Shown: positions 32,788 through 41,110 of the stretch, piece after piece
Position numbering within the stretch: position 1 is the first letter of the stretch
Layout: each line of letters begins with the position of its first letter
Origin: a virus
Direction: 5' to 3' (one strand)
Length of the DNA: 48,430 nucleotides
IMG/VR virus record: IMGVR_UViG_3300005655_000001
Program-made: the position numbers and the translations under genes
The notes under the pieces: generated by a model
Seen by the model: the letters and a program-made list of their open reading frames with translations, nothing else
Database searches by the model: none
What the model was told of the DNA's origin: nothing

Positions 32788-32992
32788 GCTGGCCTCCTTT
32801 TGTAGCCTGTTCCTTGATGTAGTCCGCTAGCACCAATTTCGCGTAATTGGCAGGAACTTCGTACTCAAAAGAGATGCGACATGTGATTCGATCAGTGCCT
32901 TTGGCAGAAAGAATGACGCCTGCTGTATTCTGGTCTTGCTTTAGGGTTTGAAGAATGGCTTCCTCATATGTATGCTTGTAGAACTCAATCAT
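32774..32992 (-). CDS. Hypothetical protein
   Basis: 72 aa from ATG 32992 with AGGAGG RBS. Confidence 0.55.
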   Translation of the reverse strand: MIEFYKHTYEEAILQTLKQDQNTAGVILSAKGTDRITCRISFEYEVPANYAKLVLADYIKEQATKGGQHGAE

Positions 32993-32994
32993 GC

Positions 32995-33261
32995 CTAGCC
33001 TCCTTTGATGCCGTGGGCGGCTTCTACTTGGTACACCAGATGCAGTGGGTCGTTGCCGTATTTCGACACAAGCGCCTTTGCTTGCGCATGTGTCAGCGGC
33101 TCCACCTCCACAGGGGCGAGAGTGCCCCACTTGGCAAGGACTGCGCGGGCGAAGCTAATCGGAAGGATGTATCCTCCCCGCCCCGGTTCTCCTGTTCGAG
33201 TTTCGTCAGCTAGAGCAATGATTTCCGCATCTGTCGGCGCAAGTTGGGTGTCAGTTATCAT
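32995..33261 (-). CDS. Hypothetical protein sharing the 'PTDAEI...FARAVLAKWG' N-domain with 33658..34119
   Basis: 88 aa from ATG 33261. Confidence 0.55.
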   Translation of the reverse strand: MITDTQLAPTDAEIIALADETRTGEPGRGGYILPISFARAVLAKWGTLAPVEVEPLTHAQAKALVSKYGNDPLHLVYQVEAAHGIKGG

Positions 33262-33550
33262 GGCTCTTGCCCTTGTATTCAGTAAGCAGTCGCGCAACGG
33301 CAGCACGGAACTCTGCAAGTGTTTTCGGCAGTGGCACTTCATCAATCGTGCACAGCGCCCACCGATCAAAGTCGGCATACGCATCACCGCGCTCTAGCGT
33401 CCCATCGCAGTTGACGCGCCAGTAGTGACCCTTGCCCTTGAGATAGAACCATTGCCAGTGGCGTTGGCCGAGCTTTTTGCCGTGGATTTTCAAGCCTTGG
33501 TCTGCGCACCAGTGGCGCCATTGCTTTGGCAGCTTCACTTCATTTACCAT
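33251..33550 (-). CDS. Hypothetical Trp-rich protein
   Basis: 99 aa from ATG 33550 (MVNEVKLPKQWRHWCADQG...). Confidence 0.55.
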   Translation of the reverse strand: MVNEVKLPKQWRHWCADQGLKIHGKKLGQRHWQWFYLKGKGHYWRVNCDGTLERGDAYADFDRWALCTIDEVPLPKTLAEFRAAVARLLTEYKGKSHDN

Positions 33551-33761
33551 GGCTCTTGCCCTCCTGTGCTGCACGGGCTGCGTCGATCTTGGCGTCCCAC
33601 AGCGTGTTGAGCTGCAGACGGATGAATGGCTCCAGATCAGTGTCGCGCCATTCGCCATCACGCAGGAATTGATAACGCGCTGCATCCTCCAGCACGCTGT
33701 CTGCCGCCTGTGCCGATGGGGGCGGGCTGCAACCACGCTTCTGCTGTAGCGTCCCACTCAA
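33540..33761 (-). CDS. 'ARYQFLR...IDAARAAQEGK' domain ORF; either independent (TTG start) or the frameshifted C-terminus of 33658..34119
   Basis: There is no in-frame ATG in the sensible part of this frame. A G5/C5 homopolymer lies at 33718-33722 where the two frames could join. Confidence 0.35.
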   Translation of the reverse strand: MSGTLQQKRGCSPPPSAQAADSVLEDAARYQFLRDGEWRDTDLEPFIRLQLNTLWDAKIDAARAAQEGKSHGK

Positions 33762-34119
33762 AACCAAGCTCCCTAAGTCTTGTTGCTGCGCTATAAGCAA
33801 CCAAACGGTTGGCTGGGGACATGGGCGCTGGTGCTGGCTGCTGGGGAGCCATCTCGCTGGGATCAATGGGGATGGTCGTACCGTCTGGCTGTTCTTCGTG
33901 GTGCGCTTGCTGTAATGCTGGCTGCGTTGAACTTGTGAACGTCATGAGATCGGCCGGAACCGCTGCCTGCGCTACGTGTGAAGGCTGGGGCGCTGGCTGG
34001 CCCCACTTTGCCAAGACTGCGCGGGCGAAGTCGAGCAGAGCAGCAGGGCTGTCGTCCAGGGTGAAACCAGTCTCTTGTGCGTACAGGTCTTTGATTTCCG
34101 CATCTGTCGGTTTATTCAT
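33658..34119 (-). CDS. Hypothetical protein with the 'PTDAEI...FARAVLAKWG' N-domain
   Basis: 153 aa. The last 20 or so aa look non-native (GGRQRAGGCSALSIPA). Confidence 0.5.
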   Translation of the reverse strand: MNKPTDAEIKDLYAQETGFTLDDSPAALLDFARAVLAKWGQPAPQPSHVAQAAVPADLMTFTSSTQPALQQAHHEEQPDGTTIPIDPSEMAPQQPAPAPMSPANRLVAYSAATRLRELGFEWDATAEAWLQPAPIGTGGRQRAGGCSALSIPA

Positions 34120-34288
34120 GGCTCTTGCCCTCCTTCAGTCGGCATTCAAATACTTTATCGCCTACATAAAAGGCGTTCAGTTTCTGGCATTCCGTAGCCA
34201 CTGTTTCGTGGGCGGTGACCCAGCCGAACAGCACGAACATGCATGCCGCGAACACGATGAACATGAAGCCTATAAGTCCATTGGTCAT
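34112..34288 (-). CDS. Small single-TMD protein with an AH...EC.K...C motif (paralogue of 43298..43456)
   Basis: 58 aa, hand-translated: MTNGLIGFMFIVFAACMFVLFGWVTAHETVATECQKLNAFYVGDKVFECRLKEGKSHE. Confidence 0.5.
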   Translation of the reverse strand: MTNGLIGFMFIVFAACMFVLFGWVTAHETVATECQKLNAFYVGDKVFECRLKEGKSHE

Positions 34289-34980
34289 CACTTACCCTCC
34301 TGTGCTGCGCGGGCAGCGTCGATAGCCACGGGGTCGAATAGTGCATGTACGGCGTCGAACTCAATCCAGTTGCCGCTCCTGTCTTCACAGCGACGGAGGT
34401 TGCTACGACTGTCCAGCGCGAACGAATAGCGCGGCAACTTGCACAGGCGCTTGCGCACAGCCTCGAATGCCGCATCCAGCGCATCCCCCTGCGATGCGGG
34501 CGAGGGCTGGGGCGCTGGCTGTGCCGTGGTGGATGGCGCGGCGGCGATCATGCGGACAAACCGCTCCAAGTCCTGCGCCGTCGCCTCCGCACCGCGAGCC
34601 GCCCTGTTCCGCATTTCTGCGATTGCCGCTTTTGCACGACAGGAGCTGTCCATGTTTTCGTGCGGGTGCGAACGCGTGCATCCCGCCACAGCGGCAGGCG
34701 CTGCCTGTGCTGGTGCTTGCCCATGGGATGCGCGCTCTACCAACTGCGCCTTGAGCGATTCAATCTCCAGCCGTGCTGCGGCGTAGCCCATGCGAAGTAG
34801 CTGCACGTCGATCCCGGCGTCGCCAAGGTCTTCGTAGGTCTTGAGCTTCTCGCGCAGGGTTTCGAGTTCGGCGTGTTGACTGCGCAGATAGGCTGCAATC
34901 AAGTGAGCATCCATAGAGTATCTTGTGAGGTTGCTGCATACGTTTGCAAGTCGCAGCGCCTCGGGTTGTTTGTCTGTCAT
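34288..34980 (-). CDS. Hypothetical coiled-coil protein (possibly Ea22-like)
   Basis: 230 aa, ending in IDAARAAQEGK like the 33540 frame. Confidence 0.55.
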   Translation of the reverse strand: MTDKQPEALRLANVCSNLTRYSMDAHLIAAYLRSQHAELETLREKLKTYEDLGDAGIDVQLLRMGYAAARLEIESLKAQLVERASHGQAPAQAAPAAVAGCTRSHPHENMDSSCRAKAAIAEMRNRAARGAEATAQDLERFVRMIAAAPSTTAQPAPQPSPASQGDALDAAFEAVRKRLCKLPRYSFALDSRSNLRRCEDRSGNWIEFDAVHALFDPVAIDAARAAQEGK

Positions 34981-35192
34981 GTCTCAATCCTCATAGGGCA
35001 CTTTCCGTCCACGAATGCTGGCGGCTCCATGTGCGTCTGGTGGTCTGGGTGGCCGGGCTCGCGTCTGCGGCATTTGATGCACTCGCTGTGTCTCACGTTG
35101 TCCGGGAATAGCGCGGCTGCAATTGGCCCGGCTGCCGAAGCGCGGTTTGTGATTCGCCCGTCGCAGCGGGCTATGTCGTATGGGAGGGTCAT
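34977..35192 (-). CDS. Hypothetical Cys-rich small protein
   Basis: 71 aa with an ATGA overlap. Confidence 0.5.
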   Translation of the reverse strand: MTLPYDIARCDGRITNRASAAGPIAAALFPDNVRHSECIKCRRREPGHPDHQTHMEPPAFVDGKCPMRIET

Positions 35193-35452
35193 GGCTTGAC
35201 TCCTGTGGCTTTGGAGATGGCGGCGTTTGCTGCGCGTGCTGGCAACCCGATGTGCTCCTGATACCAGTTGCGCAGTTCTTTCAGTGCCTCCATCAAATCA
35301 GGCGCTGCCGCAATCAGGTGAGCATCACGGGACGAGCACACTGCAACCTTGTCAATGTTTTCTGGCCCGGTGCCAACGCACCAGTCGTCGTCATCCAATG
35401 CGTTAGGGTCTTTGCGCGCAAACCACGGCCCGGGTGTGTGTCCGGCGGTCAC
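35189..35452 (-). CDS. Hypothetical protein ('TPGPW...AHLIAAAPDLMEALK' family)
   Basis: 87 aa. The motif is common in small phage proteins of unknown function (from memory). Confidence 0.55.
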   Translation of the reverse strand: MTAGHTPGPWFARKDPNALDDDDWCVGTGPENIDKVAVCSSRDAHLIAAAPDLMEALKELRNWYQEHIGLPARAANAAISKATGVKP

Positions 35453-36057
35453 GACTCACCCCCCTTCACCTGATCCTCTGCAAGCGCATCCAGCGCGCCC
35501 GTGATCCTGCCTGCCAGCCCGTTCAAGCGTGCATCGCTGTCGTCGTCGCCGGGTATTTGCATCAGCGCATCAATCACCGGCAGGCACTCGCCCAACAAAG
35601 CACACAGCACCATGCGCTGGCCTTTGAGCTTTGCCACTTCCGCTTGTGCTGTAGGTGGGGCGGCTTCGGAATAACTGCCGCTGCCTTCGCATACAAAGCA
35701 CTCTTGATCGGTCCCAATGTCAGGGTCGCGAACCATCCAACCAGTGCCGCCGCAATTGCCGCACGCCACCGGCCCCCCCGCACTTGCCGCGAGAGACGCC
35801 GCCCCATCCCTGAACCCCTGTGCCGCAGCGGTTGCCATGTCTGCGGCCTCGAAGCTGGCCTCTACCAGCCGCACTGCGCGGTGCGGATTGAATTCGGGCC
35901 ACGCGGCATCCGCGTCTTTTGCCTCGAACTCTGCATCCTTTTGATCGGCGCACAGCGTCGCCATGCCGTCTTTGTCTACCATGTACCAGCGGCCTACCAT
36001 GTCGAGGTTATTCTCGGGATGGTGTGCTGCCAGCGCAGCGGTGTTTTTGTCTGTCAT
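35449..36057 (-). CDS. Hypothetical protein with a DnaJ-type zinc finger (CxxCxGxG x2)
   Basis: 202 aa with 'CGNCGGTGWM...CFVCEGSG'. Confidence 0.55.
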   Translation of the reverse strand: MTDKNTAALAAHHPENNLDMVGRWYMVDKDGMATLCADQKDAEFEAKDADAAWPEFNPHRAVRLVEASFEAADMATAAAQGFRDGAASLAASAGGPVACGNCGGTGWMVRDPDIGTDQECFVCEGSGSYSEAAPPTAQAEVAKLKGQRMVLCALLGECLPVIDALMQIPGDDDSDARLNGLAGRITGALDALAEDQVKGGES

Positions 36058-36173
36058 GTTGTCTTTCTCGCTATTTTTATGATAGCTGTCAGCGCTTTAC
36101 TGGTAAGCGTTGCAGCCTGCTTTGATTGGGTGCCTGGTGATGTTATTCCGCAGGTTTTGCGGAATACATTACG

Positions 36174-36584
36174 TTATGCGGCTACAGCGTCCTCAAATTT
36201 CACCAGCAGAAACCGGCCCTCCTGTGTGCATCCGGTTTCCTTCACCTTGTAGCGGGCTGCCGCGTGCTCATAAACCCCGTCGATCACGCCTTGCTTGATC
36301 ACCGCACCAATCGGAAGCGGCGGCTGAATGTCATTCTCGGAAAACCACTTCTTTTCGGCCTCGCTATGCAGTCGCTCAACGATGCTGCTCATGCCGTCCA
36401 GTTCCTCAACGTCGCTCATGGTCAAGTCCCAATAAGCGTTCCGGTCCAACTCTTTGGCAAGCTGGTATCCGTCCATCGGGTGCTCGTAGTATTCGGCAAT
36501 CGTTTCGGCATCGCCTTCGAGGTTTGCGGCTATCTTGGTTGCCGCTTCGAGGATCATTTCCTTGGTTACTTTCGGTCGTTCCAT
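36174..36584 (-). CDS. Hypothetical protein
   Basis: 136 aa from ATG 36584 with GGAGAG RBS. Confidence 0.55.
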   Translation of the reverse strand: MERPKVTKEMILEAATKIAANLEGDAETIAEYYEHPMDGYQLAKELDRNAYWDLTMSDVEELDGMSSIVERLHSEAEKKWFSENDIQPPLPIGAVIKQGVIDGVYEHAAARYKVKETGCTQEGRFLLVKFEDAVAA

Positions 36585-36637
36585 TTTTCTCTCCGTAGTC
36601 AAAAGCCGCATAACATTCCGGTCAAGGCGCGACCGTG

Positions 36638-37090
36638 CTAACGCACGTCGGCCTTACCTACAGCGTTATACGGTTGATTTGCCCATTGCGTGACGGCATC
36701 AATGCCCGCTTGCGCGACGACGTATGCCTGTGCTGTCGTCCAGCCGCGCCCGCTCCAGATTCCAGCGGCTTCAAGGATGGAATTGGCCTGCGCGATGGCG
36801 GCCTGTTGCTTCTTTGTCCACGGTGTCCCGCCTGCAATCGTGAGCTGATTGGCTTTGTGGATCGCCTCTGTCATCGCATGCACGGCCAGCGTCGCAGCGG
36901 CTACCCATCCGGCTGTGTCGGGGGTGACGTTGTAGGCGTAACGGCGCCCGCCGTGGCTGTAGGCGTGCACAAGGCGGAAGCTGCCCACGGGCATCAAGTC
37001 CTTGTCGTAGCTCCACTCGCTCAGGCTGTAGGCCGGGACGTACTTTCGGCCTACCTTGCGGTAGAGCGGTTCTGTTTCGGTGGTGGTCAT
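36638..37090 (-). CDS. Hypothetical protein
   Basis: 150 aa. Confidence 0.55.
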   Translation of the reverse strand: MTTTETEPLYRKVGRKYVPAYSLSEWSYDKDLMPVGSFRLVHAYSHGGRRYAYNVTPDTAGWVAAATLAVHAMTEAIHKANQLTIAGGTPWTKKQQAAIAQANSILEAAGIWSGRGWTTAQAYVVAQAGIDAVTQWANQPYNAVGKADVR

Positions 37091-37569
37091 GCTGTTGCTC
37101 CGCGTAACACCGCCCGCACGTCACCCGTGTGAAAGCTGCGCGTTTCCAGTAGGTCGCCAAGTGCAAGGGCGCCAGCGGCAAGGCTCCATGTGTTCAGGCG
37201 TGGCAACAGACGCTCGCAGGCATCCAGGCCGCTCAGGATGGCGCCGCGCTGGGCATCGAGGCAGCCGGGGCGCTCTACCACGTCGCCCAGAGCGTTGGCT
37301 GTGCCTGCCAGAATGCGGGCCTCGGGGGTGTTTTGCAGGCCGTGCAGGTTGGCAGCGTGGGCCACCACGTAAACGAGGCGCCCGCATTCGTGGGCAAGTA
37401 GCGCTGCGTCTCCACCCATGTAGGCTTGTATGCCAGCGCGTGTGCGCAGTGCGCGCAGCTCCGCTTCCACGCGCTTGCGCGCCACGGCCTGGGCAATGGG
37501 GTTTGTTACCATGAGGTCGTCGCGCTGAGCTGGCCTGCGGCGGTTGGCGTAGGCGCTTGTCTTTCTCAT
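37087..37569 (-). CDS. Hypothetical protein
   Basis: 160 aa from ATG 37569 (ATGA overlap with the upstream gene). Confidence 0.5.
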   Translation of the reverse strand: MRKTSAYANRRRPAQRDDLMVTNPIAQAVARKRVEAELRALRTRAGIQAYMGGDAALLAHECGRLVYVVAHAANLHGLQNTPEARILAGTANALGDVVERPGCLDAQRGAILSGLDACERLLPRLNTWSLAAGALALGDLLETRSFHTGDVRAVLRGATA

Positions 37570-37901
37570 TGCCGCCCCCGGTAGCTCAGTTCGCTGGGCA
37601 CATACCGCTCGCGCACAGACGCATTGCAGACGATGTGCGGCGGCGCCTTTGGCAGAGGGATTCGCGTGATCTTCGCTTGTGAGTAATCTGCTTTCGCTGT
37701 CTTGGAAATTGACAGCACAGCCTTTTGCTTTGCCGGGGAGCGGTTCTTTGGAATGACCGTCATGGCATCGCGGATGATCTTCGCGACGGTGGTGGATGGC
37801 ATGTGCAGATCGCGGGCAATCTGCCGCCCGGACATGCCACGGCCACACATGGCCCGTATCTGTCCGATGGTTTCAGGGGATGTTTTGGATGTGAAGGTCA
37901 T
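37566..37901 (-). CDS. Hin/resolvase-type HTH-containing small protein
   Basis: 111 aa from ATG 37901 with 'GRGMSGRQIARDLHMPSTTVAKIIR'. The start lies 5 nt after the terminator U-tract and has no SD. Confidence 0.5.
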   Translation of the reverse strand: MTFTSKTSPETIGQIRAMCGRGMSGRQIARDLHMPSTTVAKIIRDAMTVIPKNRSPAKQKAVLSISKTAKADYSQAKITRIPLPKAPPHIVCNASVRERYVPSELSYRGRQ

Positions 37902-37906
37902 GGCGT

Positions 37907-37931
37907 AAAAAAGCCACCTCGGCGGGTGGCT
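37907..37931 (-). terminator. Rho-independent terminator after the Dam-type methylase gene
   Basis: Minus-sense AGCCACC-CGCCGA-GGTGGCT followed by T6. Confidence 0.7.
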
Positions 37932-37939
37932 GGTTTGGA

Positions 37940-38935
37940 TTAAGAGATCGCCTCGAAAAGATCTTGCACCACGCAGCGCTCTGGCAAGCAATGCGGGCTG
38001 CACCAGATGGTTTCGCTCAGGCGGTTGGCAATGGCTTCGTCGTTCAGGGCGTAGCCGCTGCCCGCCTTCCATGCGCGGGTAAGCCAGCCTTGCAGCAGCA
38101 GGGCGTCGTGCTCGCCCGCGTGGCCGCACAGCACGATGCGCAATTGCGGGTTGTTGCCATTTTCTGCGCACCAGGCGCGCACGTCGTCTGCAATGCCCTG
38201 CCCCATACCGCCCGCGCTGTAGTCCATGGCGCCTTTGGTGTAGGGCGGGTCGAGAAAGACGGCTGTGAGGCCGTGGCGGGTGGTGATGCTGTCTTTGACC
38301 ACACGACCCCAATCGCCACAGGTGACGCGCACATCACGCAGGCGCTGGTGCAGCTCGCGCATCCATGCGCGGATGAACTCGCCGCGTGGCGTGCCGCCGT
38401 CGGGCAACTGCCGGTTGATGCCTCGGCCTGCGTCGCCCAGGTGCGGCAACTGCCGGTTGATGCCTTGGCCTGCATTGCCCTCTTTGCGCACCAGGCTGGT
38501 GCCATCGTGCACCCAGGGGCCGGTACCGCTGCACCAGCCTGAGCCGATCCAGTTGCAGGCACCCCACACCCACCAGCCCGCGATGCGGGCGTCAAAGTAG
38601 GCTGGGTCTGCGTAGAGCTTTTCGGTCATGTCTGCGCGCTGGCGCACCAGCCACGAATGGCGGGCGAACAGGTCTACCTCGTTCACGGGCCAGTCTGCGG
38701 CATGGGCCACGGCGTCGGGGTCGTGCGCAATGGCGCGCCAGAAGTTGGCCACGAAGCCGTCGAAGTCGTTGATTGTTTCGATGCGGGCAACATCGGGCGG
38801 CGCGGCCAGCAGCATGGCGGAGCTGCCTGAGAATGGCTCGACGTAGTTATCCACCCGTCCGAAGGCGGGCCATACGGTTTCAGCGGCTTTTCTTTTTCCG
38901 CCGAAATAGGGGAATGGAGCTTGCAATGGTTGCAT
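37940..38935 (-). CDS. DNA adenine methyltransferase (Dam / D12 class)
   Basis: 331 aa with 'FPYFGGKRK', 'VEPFSGSSA' and 'DPPY'. An internal 42-bp duplication at 38403-38473 encodes GINRQLP twice. Confidence 0.85.
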   Translation of the reverse strand: MQPLQAPFPYFGGKRKAAETVWPAFGRVDNYVEPFSGSSAMLLAAPPDVARIETINDFDGFVANFWRAIAHDPDAVAHAADWPVNEVDLFARHSWLVRQRADMTEKLYADPAYFDARIAGWWVWGACNWIGSGWCSGTGPWVHDGTSLVRKEGNAGQGINRQLPHLGDAGRGINRQLPDGGTPRGEFIRAWMRELHQRLRDVRVTCGDWGRVVKDSITTRHGLTAVFLDPPYTKGAMDYSAGGMGQGIADDVRAWCAENGNNPQLRIVLCGHAGEHDALLLQGWLTRAWKAGSGYALNDEAIANRLSETIWCSPHCLPERCVVQDLFEAIS

Positions 38936-38943
38936 ATGGCATT

Positions 38944-38965
38944 AAAAAGCCCGCTGGTGCGGGCT
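38944..38965 (-). terminator. Rho-independent terminator upstream of the Dam-type methylase gene
   Basis: Minus-sense AGCCCGC-ACCA-GCGGGCT followed by T5. Confidence 0.7.
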
Positions 38966-38976
38966 GGGGTGTGGGG

Positions 38977-39474
38977 TTAGCTGATCGCCAGCCGGGTGCC
39001 GTGCACCAGCCTTGCGCCTGGCACCTCGTGGCCTTCTTTGATGGCCCTGGCAATCGCGGTTTTGTCTGGCGCTGGCGGTGGCGCTTCGGGTGTGCGCATG
39101 TACTCGGCAGGAATCAACCCGGGTTCGTACACGTCAACGCTGGGAGGCTTGGCTTGGATCGCCAATTTGAAGTAAGGGCATTCGATCTTCTGCACTTCGG
39201 CGGTTTCCATGCAGCCCTGCACGTAGTCGAGAAGATGCCTTGCCCGGTTCTCGATAGCCTTGCGGCGCTTCGCCATTTGCTCTTCGGCGTCCTTAATGGC
39301 CGTGGCCGTGGCTTGCAGGTTGCGGGCGTACATCACCACGTTCTGCGCCTTCACCTCCAGTTCGCCGGACATGGCATCCAAGGTGTCTGTCACGACCTCG
39401 GCGGGTAGGTCAAGGTCTGCCAGACGGTGCGCGTCATTGCGGTACGTGGCCGCGATTTCGTAGAGCGTGGTCAT
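38977..39474 (-). CDS. Siphovirus Gp157-family protein
   Basis: 165 aa with 'LYEIAATYRNDAHRLADLDLPAEVVTDTLDAMSGELEVKAQNV'. It is adjacent to the Sak4/SSB-like genes. Confidence 0.65.
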   Translation of the reverse strand: MTTLYEIAATYRNDAHRLADLDLPAEVVTDTLDAMSGELEVKAQNVVMYARNLQATATAIKDAEEQMAKRRKAIENRARHLLDYVQGCMETAEVQKIECPYFKLAIQAKPPSVDVYEPGLIPAEYMRTPEAPPPAPDKTAIARAIKEGHEVPGARLVHGTRLAIS

Positions 39475-39476
39475 GG

Positions 39477-40130
39477 TCAGAAAGGAATATCGGACCCGTC
39501 ATCCAGGCCGTCGAAACCAGACGATGCAGGATGGCCGGCAGGTGGGCCGCCGAATCCATCATCCTGGCGCGGTGCTGGCTGGCGTGCGCCCTTTAGTGGG
39601 CGATGGCGCAACCCTTCGACCATCTTTGTCAGCAGCTCGGGCTGGGTTTTCTTGTCCAGAATCTCGCTGGCCGTCAGTTCGGTGCTGGGCTGGAATACGT
39701 TTTTCAGCACCATGCGGGTGCCCAGGCTGCCGTCTTTCTTCTCGTAATCCTCCGTCTCCAGCAGAACACCAATGGGCTTGTGCAGGTCTGGAAACACCGT
39801 GCCGTCTTCGACCACTTCTTTCTTCGTGTCGAAGTCGTAGCGCGTGACCTTACCGGGGGCAGGTTTGATGCCGCGCAGTTGCAGGCAGGTCATGATGGCC
39901 ATGAGAGCATCGTAGCCCTGGTAGCGGTCCCCATTGGCCCCGGTGGTGTAGATGGCGAGATTGGCTTTTTGCCCGCCCTGGCTCTTGAAAATGAATTCAA
40001 TGCCGCGCCCGCCTTTCTTGGTCACTACGTCTTTGGCTTGGACGAATTCGCCCACGTATTTGCCGATCTCTTTGATGGTTGCGCCTGCGGTGTCTGCGTG
40101 GCGTGCGGCTTGAACGTCAAGTGTGTACAT
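39477..40130 (-). CDS. ssDNA-binding protein candidate (DUF669/SSB-like) with an acidic C-terminal 'DDGSDIPF' tail
   Basis: 217 aa from ATG 40130. The C-terminal D-I-P-F tip is the SSB protein-interaction motif. Confidence 0.6.
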   Translation of the reverse strand: MYTLDVQAARHADTAGATIKEIGKYVGEFVQAKDVVTKKGGRGIEFIFKSQGGQKANLAIYTTGANGDRYQGYDALMAIMTCLQLRGIKPAPGKVTRYDFDTKKEVVEDGTVFPDLHKPIGVLLETEDYEKKDGSLGTRMVLKNVFQPSTELTASEILDKKTQPELLTKMVEGLRHRPLKGARQPAPRQDDGFGGPPAGHPASSGFDGLDDGSDIPF

Positions 40131-40143
40131 GGTGTGCTTTCTT

Positions 40144-40812
40144 TCAGTTGGTGGTTTGCAAGTCGTAGTAGCTGTAAATGGCCGCATCGGCTGCTGCCAG
40201 ATCGTTTTCAATGTGCTCGTCTTCAAACAAGCCCATCGGCGTTTTCACCGTGTCGGCCCCGCTGTTCCTGGTGCTGAACAGGTATTGACCATTGATGACT
40301 GCGGTGCGCAACACGATGGTCAACAGGCCTTCAATGGTGATCTTTTCGTCCAGCAGCTTGCCGATGGTTTTGGCCTTAATGCGGCCCGCGTCGTCCTCCT
40401 GGGTGTGCCCAAGGATGTAAACGCGCTTGTCATCGGCAAGCTGGCTGGCCGCCATGAGAATCGACCATGCGTTGTGGGCGATCTCGTTGTATTTGGCGAA
40501 CGCTGCATTGCCTTGTTCCTTGTCCAGAACGCGGCGCATGAACTCGTTTGCCAGGATGTATTGGAAGTCGTCCAGCACAATGACGCTGCGCTTCGTGCCC
40601 TTCATCAGCTTGATGATGGTTTGCGCTTGGTCGGTCACAAAGACATTGCCTGTGGGCGTCTTGTCCTTGTCGAAATAGGCCCAGCCGCTAGAACGGAAGG
40701 GCAGCGGCTTCTTCACTGCCTGAATCAGCAGCGTGTGTTCCGGGTCGAGGTTGCGAAGGCTGGCTGTCTTGCCGGTTCCGGACTGCCCGAGGATCATGCA
40801 GGCTATGGACAT
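40144..40812 (-). CDS. Sak4-like RecA-fold ATPase (AAA_24) recombination protein
   Basis: 222 aa with Walker A 'GQSGTGKT' and Walker B 'VIVLDD'. Confidence 0.7.
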   Translation of the reverse strand: MSIACMILGQSGTGKTASLRNLDPEHTLLIQAVKKPLPFRSSGWAYFDKDKTPTGNVFVTDQAQTIIKLMKGTKRSVIVLDDFQYILANEFMRRVLDKEQGNAAFAKYNEIAHNAWSILMAASQLADDKRVYILGHTQEDDAGRIKAKTIGKLLDEKITIEGLLTIVLRTAVINGQYLFSTRNSGADTVKTPMGLFEDEHIENDLAAADAAIYSYYDLQTTN

Positions 40813-40911
40813 TTGTTTTTCCTTGGTCGTTGGTCAGTAGGTGCGATTGGTCGTTTTCGATCTGGGCGCATGCGACGGCTTCGTCGCAGCTTTCTTGGAG
40901 CATTGGGTGCA

Positions 40912-41109
40912 TCACACTCCCCTCACTTGATGGTTGTCGTAAATCGTCTTCACGGGCCGTTTCAGCCCGCTCTTTTGCCCCACATGCCAGCCTCCGCAGT
41001 GGGCGCAGCGGTACGGTGCAAGGGGCGTTTCTGTGCGCCTGCGTGCGCGCTTTGCTGATTCCGTGGCGGTCTTGAGCGTGTGCACTACTTTTCCGCTCGG
41101 GCATTCCAT
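40912..41109 (-). CDS. Small zinc-ribbon protein
   Basis: 65 aa with 'YRCAHCGGWHVG'. Confidence 0.45.
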   Translation of the reverse strand: MECPSGKVVHTLKTATESAKRARRRTETPLAPYRCAHCGGWHVGQKSGLKRPVKTIYDNHQVRGV

Positions 41110-41110
41110 G

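Noticed and set aside
36143-36165. The 9-bp perfect hairpin TATTCCGCA-GGTTT-TGCGGAATA in the 36058-36173 gap, considered as a terminator or operator.
   Set aside because: There is no U-tract on either strand, no second copy and no convincing promoter nearby. It may be a processing or stability element, but the sequence alone does not support a specific call.
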